DNA of 64,000 nucleotides, from assembly GCA_000934665.2 (NCBI GenBank), contig KZ538045.1:62001-126000 (forward strand), read 5' to 3'. The translations under genes and the position numbers were made by a program. The notes under the pieces are model-generated. The model was not told the origin of the DNA and did no database searches. It worked only from the letters and a program-made list of their open reading frames with translations. Source of the stretch: Catajapyx aquilonaris. Taxonomy: Eukaryota. Of the stretch, positions 39,903 to 51,900 are shown piece after piece (the stretch's first letter is position 1; each line of letters opens with the position of its first letter).

Positions 39903-42900
39903 AATAAATAATAAATGATAAATAAAATAAATAGAAATTCTAATCACAGATTAGCTATCGAAAGACTTGACCAGGCTTTGGAATGTCATCTAACAAGTTT
40001 TAATGAACAATGACAATGCACTACTATATAGTAGTAGTAATAGTATACACTACTATAATAGTAACCATACAACAATGTCTCAAACTGATATCCCAAACTC
40101 TGTAATGGTGCTTGCCTTCTTAGGGCCGTTTTCTCGAACAGTGGTTCAAATGTAAACCGGGTTCAAAGCCAGTTTAACCCTTTCATTCCCACTGTACCCA
40201 TATGGCAACAATTAATCTGGCGGCAAAGCGTTCGCATGCAGAAGGCAAACTTTGTGGGTCAAACTTCTTGTGACATCTAGTGGATGGTGACTCAGCACCC
40301 ACAAAGTCGGATTGTTATATTTTGCTCGCGCCCTTGAAAGGTAAACAACCCCCCACCCGGCAGCGTAATTACAGGGTGTCCCATAAGTCTGGACTCTTAG
40401 GAATTTCTCATAGTGCAGTGTTTTAGTATTATTTTGCAACCATCGTAACAATTTTATAGTGATTTTAAAAATTTAGATTAATTTAATTGCATTTAAAGTT
40501 AATTACATTTAAAAATTTTTTCTGGAACACCCAGTAGGGGAATGTTTTCGGCATTTTTACATTCCAAAGGACCACCACGAGTAAAAATGATAAATATTGA
40601 AGAATATTGTTTTTCATTATATCACTCCTACTACAAATTTATTTCAAAAAGAGAAGAAACGGCCCAAAAAATTCAGGAATGAAAGGGTTAATCCCTGATT
40701 TGATTGTTGTTAGGCTGTTGTCAAGGGTTTAAACCGGCTTTGAACCGGGTTTACATTTGAACCACTGTTCGAGAAAACGGCCCTTAATGTACTATGGTTT
40801 TAACTTGGGATGTTAAAGGCTAACCAAGTAATGGTGCCAGGGATGCGATTTAAACCCTGGACTTCCTCCTTGGCTGGCCAGTAGCATAACTGCTAGACCA
40901 ATCTGCCCCCCTTTTATAACATGTGAATTACAACATAATATTTAAACTATTCAATTATTTTAGGAGCAGGTTAGCCAGCTACTGAAGAAGGAGGCGGAGA
41001 AGCAGTCTTCTGCTGATGGGAGATCTGCCAGCCCAATGGCAACTCCTAGGGCATCATTGGAGCGGAAAAGGGTGCCCAAACGGCATCAGAAGATTCACGA
41101 TCTAGCCTCAGAAAGCATTCAAAGCGGGAAGCAGGCCTGGAGAGTACCATCAAAGTTTCCAGGATCATTTGACACCTCAAGACCTGTTCCTAGTACCTCA
41201 ACCAGGACTTGCATTCCTCCTTTACGGGTGACTGGCAAGTTTGCTCCTAATACTGCTGTGGTGATATCGACTTCTGATGCAGCTAAGAATCCTGAAACTC
41301 CAAAGCGTAGTAGAAAGAAAGTGCACTTTGAGGATGAAACTCTGGGATACTGGAATCATTTTGTCAAGAGGAAACCGGAGCCTGAAGATAGGAGGGCAAA
41401 ACTACCAAGTTCTATTACACGAAGCAAGAAAGACATGCAGCCTACAACATCAACGGGATCAACAAAGCATGCTCAACATCAACCCATTCACCGATACAAG
41501 CTGCCAAATTATGCCAGCCAGCAAGAGAAGACTTCTAATACCACAAAGCCACCAATGCCTGAAGTTGATGTTATTCATTCCAAAGTTGCTGTGGGAAACT
41601 CAGACTGTACAGAAAACAGTACTGAAGCTTCTAACAGGAAGAGCAATGATGTCCAATTTGATCACATGACAGGTAAGTCTGCCCTGAATGTTTTTGTGAT
41701 CATTTTACTGGCAGGGTCAGAGTAGCATTAACTGTATCAAAACTTATCTACAGGTTGTACACGATGGTTCAAATAAACTTCTGTGGTGACCTGGATACCA
41801 CAGAGAATCACTTCATATAGAGGTGTCATTTTAGGGGTGTGGTGGAAAAAGGTGATAAGCTGATAACCCTCAAAAGTGTAATTTTTCAGGAGAGCGAATT
41901 TAAATTTGCATTCTCTTAACTAATCATACAGAATGCCGGGTTTGATCTAGTCCGTGTGGCTGTCTCATGCATGATACGTGAACTTGGAGTATACCAAACT
42001 GTTTGTCATGTCTTTTACATAGTTGCTAGCTATTTAGGTCGAAAATGACAAAAATGAGTGTTATCACCTTTTTTCACCACACCCCTCATTTGGTCTTAAC
42101 AGCCTTGTTATTGACAATGCTGCAATTAGAATTAATCAAAAGGTCACATGTGCCGCCTATGACATACAGGGTGTTCCAAGTTCGTGGGGCAGTTCCCAAG
42201 CTCGTAGGTCGTTTTTAGTTATCACTGATATCACCTGAAGTAGTTATTTTTGTGTAGTTTGTTGTGCCCCAATCCAGGTGCCCCATTACTCCCAGGTGGT
42301 TGAATATAGCAGTTTCAATAGCATAGGGCACCTAACAAGCTACAAAAAAAAATATATCATCATTCAAGTGAATTTCCTATAACTAAAAGTACTAATATAC
42401 TTGGAACACCCTGTATATTTGTCTGGCACCTGCCTGCTACACCAAACAAGATCCAGTTCATATAGAAATAAGGTAGCACCAAAATTGTCAATAAAAAACA
42501 AGACTCATGGAGGGAGGCATATCTGCCAGGATAATTTAGCACATGATCATGATCATGATGATAATAGGACAGGAATAGGAAACCTCTCTCTGTGGCCTCT
42601 TTTTAATTTTCCCCTACATTCAATATAGAGTGTCCACAATGAACCTCCCTAGTTTCAAACACTGGTAAAAAATAGAAATGCTGAGGTATATAAGGTTTTG
42701 GATGTTTAAATGGTCTGGAGATTTAACAAGTTTTATCCTGAATTTTTGAAATGGCCTGTGTGATGTGGTGGTGCTCCTGTAGGGGATGCCGTTGGAAGAT
42801 GCAAACATGGCATCTACAGAGGAAAAAGTGCAATTTATTTGGTTGTTAGCCGAGCTGAAGTTGATCATAGAAGTGCTGGACATGCTGGACCAAGGGGGTA

Positions 42901-45900
42901 CTCACTTCGGTACTCTGGTGTACACCTGCAGTGGTACTCTTTGGTACTCCAGGTACTCCATGTACTCCTTGGTACTCCTTGAATTTGGTACTCTGGTGTA
43001 CACTTTACAGTCGAGTGAGTACCCCCTCGTGCTGGACATTTCCACAACTCCAAGACAGAGTCTATGCAACCAAAGTGGACAGCCCAAATAATGACGAGTT
43101 CTCCATCACCCTTGACATGATGGAGAGAACCTCGGGGGAGGGAGATTATCAAAATATATTGTGCTTGCTACTAAAGGAGCACATGTGGAAGGCTACCAAT
43201 TTTATTTTTACATAAACTTGATGAGTGTCCCTTCTCATTTGTGCAATTTCGACGCCATGGTCTAGTAACTTGCGTAATAGTAGCAAGTTGAAATTAGGAA
43301 TGTTCATTGTGGACACCCTGTATTGAAGGGGGTGAAAGCAAAAAAAATCTATCTCCATTTTTGACAAGATCCAAGATAATAGAGAAAAATATGTAACGCC
43401 GTATTGGTAAAATTACACTTAGATTGATTTTTTATCACATAGGAACTCTGCAAGTTCAGGTCCCTTGCTTGATTGAATTTATTGAAGAACAAAATGTAAG
43501 TACAGCAAAGAATCTCCAACCCTTACTCCAGGCAGGTACCTCTAATATGGAGTGGCAGTTACCCTTTTTGATATCAAACAACTTTTTTCATTCTTAGTTT
43601 AATCTGGATTAACAGTGCTTTGTGGCAAATCATTTACACTATTTGATGAAGCTCATTTATCCATGTATTTTTCCAGAATCTGGAAGTAACTCATAATAAT
43701 CAATCTTTTTGGAGATAAAATGTTTTTGCCGTTAACCCCATCAATAACTGTGCTGCAGGTGGATTCTAACCCTTTGATGGCGGAGTTTTTTTGGCCATTT
43801 TAGTCTCTTTATGAAAAAAAATTCTAGTAGGAATAATATTAATGAAAAACAACATGCTCCAATATTTATCATTTCAACTCGTGGTGGTCCTTTTGAATGT
43901 AAAATGCCGAAAAAATTCATCTACAGGGTGTTCCAGAAAAAAATTTAAAGTGCAATTAACTTGAAACGTAATTAAATTTATTTAAATTTTTAACGTCACT
44001 ATAAAATTGTTACTGTGGTTACATAATACTACTAAAACACTGTGCTTTGAGAAATTACTACGAATCCAGATGTCGCATGTTGTCAAAAATTTTCAGGCGG
44101 GAGGAGGTATGCTTAGCTCCCGCTGGGAGGCGGGAAAACTGATTAGCATACGCCATGGTAGTTGAGCCCCCTTCCACGAGGTGGTAGGAGCAGTTTGAGC
44201 CTCTAACTGCGCCATTTTTGTGTAAACTCGAGCGCTCCCAGTTCAAAAGCCAACAGGACATCATATGATGTCCGTAGCCATCAAAGGGTTAATTGCGGGC
44301 AGGGCACAGGAGAATCCCAAGAAAACCCATGCGAACACAGAGAGACCCCATCAAAACTGCAGCAATTCCCTGAGTTATGTAGATACGACTTACATATATT
44401 TTTTTTTGACATATGCACAAAAATGCAAAAGAATCTACAGAACAAAGTGGTAATGTACAATGCTAATAATTTATTGTGAGAAAGGCCATTAAATTGTGGG
44501 AACTCGAAAAGTCCTGCCTAGACTCATTCCGTCGCTCAGTTTACACATGACAGACAGACCTGCTTCTGAAACTCACAGGGAACCCATTCCTGTTTGAAAT
44601 GACCTGAATGGGTATAGGACAGTGACTCCATTATCTATGTGTAAGGTACTGTAGTATAGTATATTGTGTAATTTCTAAAAAGGTTCTGAGTTATGTAAAA
44701 TTTGACTTACACATAGTGTTGTGGAACGATCCACATATGTACAGTAACTCCATGGACTAGCTGTATTTATGCACGAGAAAGTGTCCTCTGTCCAATCTAG
44801 GGATTGAAGAGGTGGAGCATCCTGGAATATTTGATATCTTATGTTTGAAATCCATTATATGAGTAATGAGATTAGAGAGACCAAATAACACCTCTACATA
44901 CAAGGATCCAGGAGTTTATAATGATTCAGAATCATTATGAACCACCCTGTACAACTTAACTACAACCTCATGTGGTTGGCCCGACAGATCGCCTTATCTT
45001 AATATTCCACCCATGCCCCAACTTAAATGGGATAGCTTACAGCAGTTAGGCCCTTCCTGAGACCTTAACTTGTCATGTCTTGCTAATGATACAAGGCACA
45101 GTGCAGTGATGGACAGTAATCGAGTCATACTACTAGCGACATTTTCCAACGTGGCAGAAGAACGTATCGAAGATATGGATAGTGCAAGCCGTGCAAGCAA
45201 GTTTTGTTCTTCTGCCGTGTCTGAAAATGTCGCTAGCAGTATGACTCGATTAATGTCCAACACTGTACCTCAGAAACTATCATATGCATGGCATAGCAAC
45301 TTTTTTCCTTCTCAAGAGCCTTATTGCCCTAAGATATCATGTTTGTGTTGAGGTACAGAGTGGCTGAAGATAAGGTTGTGGGTGAGATCTGCCACATTAG
45401 TTGTTTCCAGTATCAAATAGATTCAGATCTAAGCCTTACATACAAGCCAGCAGTCTGAGAGTGTGAGTAAACAGGAATGAGGAGATAGTTGTAGGACCTT
45501 AGGTGTTACTAGGGGTGGTATGGGTAGTTCAGTGGGGCTTAACGTTGGCCTATTTCTGCCGCTATAAGGCTCAACACCGACGCCAGGGGGTGGTTCTCCT
45601 CGTGGATATTTGGCCACTCTGGGGATCTTTAACGTGCACTCGCGCAATTGTGCAGCAATGGTTTGCAAGACTATGCGAATGGTTTAAGGCAGTGGTTCCC
45701 AACCTGAGGGTCATGACACCTTTTCCGGGGGGTAGTCCGGTGCAGCGATAATTTTTACTTGCAATAAATTTTATTTAAAATTTCACCACGAAGGTTTGTT
45801 TTATATGCTTTAATACGGCTACACAACTAAACTAAACTAATACGTCGACGCTACATTAATCTTATACTAATAGTTTGGGGGGGGGGNGGGTCACAGGTTA

Positions 45901-48900
45901 CTTGACAGTCATAAAAAGGGGTAGCAACTCGAAAAAGGTTGGGAACCACTGGTTTAAGGGGTGCACTGCCTGGATTTATTATATGGCAAGGACTATCACG
46001 AGAGTCATACCATTGGAAAAAGTAACATATTGTGGGGAAGGTGCGGTGGCCGAGATGGTAACTTCTCGGCTTGCTGTGCGATAGGTCCCGGGTTCTAATC
46101 CCCACCCGGGAGTTACCTTTCACCTGCGTCAGTGGGTATATGGCCCACGCCTAAGGAGGCGTCATGGCAACCGGCCTCCTGGGGGACTGCACATGACCCT
46201 TTTCCAACAGTGCACTTGCACCTGTGTCCCCTCCCAAATCCCCCCATCCTTACCCTACTTCCCTAATAATTGTCCTTGCATGGAGTCTGAAGAAAAAATG
46301 GAAAATCATTGAAATGGTGGTAATCCACCCCCCTAAAAGGGCTTCATTCCCTCCTATGGGGTAAACAAACAAACAAAAAAAAGAGTAAGATATTGTTGAC
46401 ATGCAAATGAAATCCACTATTTACAACAACAGCAACAACCTCACGACATTTCCCTATGAGGGGTAGTCAGCGATGAAGGGAGACGCAAGCTAACCCAACA
46501 TACGAACTAATAAAACTCATGAGAATAAACCTAAAAACAACCCGTCCCACCCCCCACCCCTGCCCACCTCAGAAACAGACACTCAATATTAAATTTAAAT
46601 ATTACACTATGCAATACTGTACTTCGTCAAAAACAAGCCCCCCCCCCCTCCCCCCTCATCACCAGCCACTACTCCGGACGCCCTGGCCACGCCGACATGT
46701 ATGGACTTATGGTCTATGGACCTTATCCTCAGACATATTTACCTATTTACCCATTAATTAACCTACCCCATTTACACCTATCCAAACAAACAACCCTAGC
46801 CTCAGCCACGTCCATGGTCCTATTGACACAAGAACGTCTCGGCTTAACACTAGCAACACCCTTAAGACACTGACCCACCTGGTCCAACCATGTCTTCCTA
46901 GGCCCCTCTTACCAACTACTCCACCCAAATAAACCTTCTTCACAATCTCCTCCTCCTTCATCCTCTCCACATGGCCAAACCACCTTAGAGTAGACCTACA
47001 CACCTTATCTTTAACAGTCTCCTTAACATTACACCTCTGCAAAATCTCCTCATTCCTAATCCTATCGAACTTGGTAACCCCACAAACAGCCCGGAGATAA
47101 CACATCTCTGTAGCCAACACCCTACTCTTATGCCTATCTGACCAAACCCATGCTTCACTACCATACATAAGTGAAGGAACAATAACGTGAGAGTAGACAG
47201 ACAACCTACAGGCAGAAGATAAGTCCTTATTTCTAGAAAACTTACTTGTGGCACCTATTACTTTCAACCCAGAACTGACTCTCCTGTTGAGCAGGTCAAC
47301 CAGTTTGTATACCTGGGAAGTGTCCTTGAGAGTAATGGTAGAATTGATGGGGAAATAAATCCACTATTTAAAAAGAAAAAACAGTTTTGCCATAATCTAA
47401 GGGAAGATTTTGGCCTTGGACTTGTTTACTTGCTGGTGATGACAAAATCCTGGTTTCCTGGCTCATTATGAATCTTTAGGATTAAATGGACTTCACCACG
47501 CAATAGATCTGATGAGATACTTGTTCCACTTTAAGCCAAACAACTGATACATCAGCTGCCAAAAAATATTGCTTTTGTAACAATGGAGAATTTCTCTGAC
47601 AGCACTGTCATAGACAGAGGTATTGGATGTTTGGTCTGACAGTGAGAAAGGTGTCTAAATCCTCGAACTTCAGGCCATGTTGCCTTCTCTTTAACTTTTG
47701 CCCCCTCCCTTTAATCCATACGCTTGTGTGTCACCTGCTCATGTGGCAGTTGGGTCTGAAGAAGTCAGGGCAGGTTCGGTTCCCTTTCAGAATATTTTTT
47801 TAGCTTTCCTGGTGCTCAATTGTCAACCAATTTGGACCACTGCACTGCACTGGAAGATGAGACTTGTCAGAATTTGGCACATACAGGGTGAAGGGACACT
47901 TGCGCATAGTCGCCAGGTAAACTTATAGTACTCGCAAAACTAATATAGGGATGTGCAATTAGTTTTGGGCTCCGTTACATAGGTAATGCGTACGGGGCTG
48001 TCAAAGTTTCGTGACGTCACATCCGTTCTTCCAGCTTCTAAGAAGCAAAAGTCAGGTTGAGGGCCTCCGGTCCCTTGCCTTGGTCCCCTAACACATCGTA
48101 CGTGTGCAAAAAGCGATCAAATCCCGTCAGAGTAAGAATCCGGGTACGACACCCATACACTTTGTCGTTTTAGCCTCATATTCCACCATCCGGCCCTCTA
48201 CGCTTTAAGGGCACCGAACGCATTAACTACGCAACGGAGCCAAAAACTATTTGCACATCCCTATATTAGTTTTGCGAGTACTATCAGTCTACCTGGCGAT
48301 TGCACACGAGTTTCCCTTCACCCTGTATTTGGCCTTGGACTCATTCATGCATGCATGTAGCTGACTGGTTCATGTCTACAGTACATCTTAATGAACTTTG
48401 TATGTTATCATGGCAGTTGTGAATTTCATTGTAATGAGTGCATGTCTCTTTACTATTGCATTCATGTTGCCAGAAAATTGAATGCCATATTGATCTTTCA
48501 AAGCAATATGATCTCATACTTACTGTAAGAGATTGTGCAATATGCGTATTGCTTGTAAAATCTGGCATTTTACCAAGAACTGCCCCCCCCCCCCNCCTCA
48601 CCACATTTGTCTTCATTAGACACACAAGATGATGAACTCCCGGGATATAGTGGATGGTTAGTTGATCATCAATGTATAGAAGAAGCACCACAGGTGACCC
48701 CTCCAATCCAAACCCAGGAAATGGTTATCAACAAAATACAGCATGAGACGCCCTCCAGACATCTACGGAATGTGACTCTTGTCAACAGTGAGAACGAGAT
48801 GAATCACAGTGAGACCATGTGAGTTGCCAATTTTTTTCACAGTTCTCTCAAATGGAATGGATTGATTTTTCATCTCAATAATTCAATTTTGCTGCCATTT

Positions 48901-51900
48901 GAGTTTGTTCCTACTAATAATAATTATTATTAGTAGGAACAAACTCAAATAGCAGCAAAATTAAATTATTGAGATGAAAAATTGAAAATAAAAATAATGC
49001 AGGAAGGTAAACGAAAGGGGATCGTGACCCCCCACCCCGAGCTGCATGAGACGGTGGAAGGGTGGGGGTTATGATCGCCTTTAGTTTTCTGGTCCCCTTT
49101 GCGATATGGATGCCATCTATTTATCAGATGAAATTGTAATCACCGGACCTTCAAAACTTAGCAAAGGTCATCTCTGTATGTGTTACCATTTTTGAATAAA
49201 AAAATACTCGCCATGACTTTTGACTCACCCGGTGTAACTTCAAAGTCATTGGGTCAGCGATGACCAAAACATAATAAAAACCATCCTTACGTCGCATATG
49301 ATGAGAAAAAGGAGTTAGAATTTTTTTCTTCCCACAATCCTAAATTGGTGCAGTACAGGGTTAAAAAGGATGTGTACATGAATCCTAATAGGAGGAGCTC
49401 ATACTTTTGATAGCTGTTAAAAGTAATTATGCGAAGTGATTGCGAAAGTAAGCAGTGCTGACAAATACCACATTAGTCAGGCAAGTATTTTGGATCACCC
49501 TGCATTTATACAAACATATAAACACAAAGTGGATATGGGCAGGTAGGGCAGGTAGTGCAGATCTTTCCTCAAGTGATGGAACCTTTGATAAGGCTTAAAA
49601 TGAGATGTAAATTTTCTCAGTGTGTCTTATGCAGTAATGCAAATGTGGTGGCAGAATGATTGGTAGACATAATGATTGTGTGCTAAAGGTATGTGCTATC
49701 ATGATTGTTATGTTTCATGGAGGAATTTTAAACTTTTAAAATTTCCCAACAGTTCTTACTTTCCAGACAAATTAACATAATATTGAGACCTGGATATTTT
49801 TGTAGTATTCTGTGTCCTGTTCCATGTACCCACAGAGTTGGTTTAAAAAGTTGTCACCCGCTGATGGTGTCATGTATTTAAAAAAAAGGGTTGATCTGTT
49901 TCCTTGACAGGGAGCGACTAAGGAGGCTGACTCTCAGGCTAGCTGAAGAGTATAAATTGAAGGAAATTGTGGCTCGTAAGGCACTTCCAAAAAACGTAAC
50001 CGAGCCAGTGCTTTCTAATGAGGCCAACCTACCAATAGACTCTGACATTGTATCAAAGGTAGCAGAAGAAGCACTGGCTCAAGAGGTACGAAATGTGCTG
50101 CAAAAAACTCAACAGCCAAAACCAAAGCAGGAATGTCCCAAAGAAACTACAGAAACAGTAAGCTCATCCACACTGTAAATGTGAGCTTAACTTACACAGT
50201 TAACATTTCAGAAGGTGCAAAGCGAGCACAAGTCCTCACTTCATAGTACAGGATTTACTCCACCTGAAAGCCATCACTCAAGCACTACTAGTCAACTGAG
50301 TGATGCTCATGGAAAGGCAGATCTGTCCACCCCGGAAGGAACTCCAGAATACTCTGACGAGGACACCAGAGGTGTGGAAAATTGCTTCATTGCACAATGT
50401 GGCCAAAAGCGTGCTTGGACAATGGTTCCCACTCCATGCATATTTGTCAGGATGGGGTCATGACTTTCTTCTGATTTTTAAGACAAAGAGTAGCAAATTT
50501 CACTTTGAATGACACACGAAACGAACGACTAGATTCCCCAGTTATAGATTCACTTTGTTTTAAGTGCACATAATTGCACTTTTTGTCAGGGTAGCATACT
50601 GCTACCCTGAGAAATGTGACCTTTTAGAAAAATGTGGCATTGAAACGAATTGAGTCTATATCTGGGGAGTCTAGTCTTTCGTTTCATGTGTGATTTGAAG
50701 TGAAATATTGTGAAATGCACAACTTTTCATCTTTAAAAGGAGAGTAATGTTATGATATGCGCGTAATGGAAGCCTCAACAAAAGAACGACTGGCACCGGC
50801 ATTTCAAGGTCACATTCAAATTGCTACATGAGAGTAAGTAGTAGTTAAACAGAGGTATTTTATGCACAGCTTAAAATCTGGATGAGCCTGAATTTGGAAA
50901 TACGGTGACCTTTCTTCCATGGCCATTCGAAGCCGACTGAATAGACACAAAAAGGTGGCAGGCGAACACTCGACTTGAGTACCTGCCTGGTATAAAACCC
51001 ATCTCAATTGAACCTACCAGAGCGATTTTTATTATTGTTCAGACATTACTTTCTTACATTATGGCAGATTTGACACGACTCGGCCAATTTGGTTTTTCTA
51101 TTTTTGTCCAAGCAATCCTGTGTTTGGACACACTGTGCATTGATAAGGTTAATAGAGAAACAAGAGTGTTCTTGGCACAATGGATATTGATATAAAGTTT
51201 TTTCCACACTAAATGTAAGCATTGAACCTATCCATTTATGATCTGAGGGGAGGGAATTGCATGTAGGTGAGCATTTCCCTCGTGTAAGGTAGAAGGTCAA
51301 AAGTAGAAGTGAACAGCTCGATGCTTACCTTCAGTGATATGGCAGTGCAATGTTATTAGGAGGTGAGATGTAAATCCCTTGCAGAATGGTCTATTACATG
51401 CATGTAGCTTTCTCTTTTCTGAAATCAACACTTCTGAATGTGTTCAGCATGAAAGCACCAACTCACTGCCACACTGTAAGGTAAAGTGACAGAAGCAAGT
51501 AGAAGTGAGTATTCATAAAAATTTTATCAGCACAAGTGTGAGCTCATTTCTGAAACACATGGTATACACTGAGAAGAATTTAGCAGCTGGGTGGGTACCT
51601 GGGGTATACAGGCTTGTTGCCCCTGCCATTTGTGTGGCAAACATACAGAAATGAAAGTATTTCTTTGCCATATCTCTTGCTTCTGGTCACGAACTTATGT
51701 AACACTTCATATGTGTGATAAAGACCATTACTCTTACATCATTTTTTCCTTCACTGCTTCATTTATTTTTTGCCTTTCTGTTTTACTGTTTCTTAACTTC
51801 TCTAGTCTTGTGACTTGGTGAGAAAGCTATACATGGACAGAGCAACTGATCTTATTTTGCTACTTTTGACATCTACAGTACATCTTTAATGGATCGTGCA

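Noticed and set aside
45054..45075. TTCCTGAGACCTTAACTTGTCA, 19/22 match to miR-125 as I recall it
   Set aside because: One mismatch falls in the seed, there is no downstream star arm, and no let-7 or miR-100 lies nearby; probably chance.
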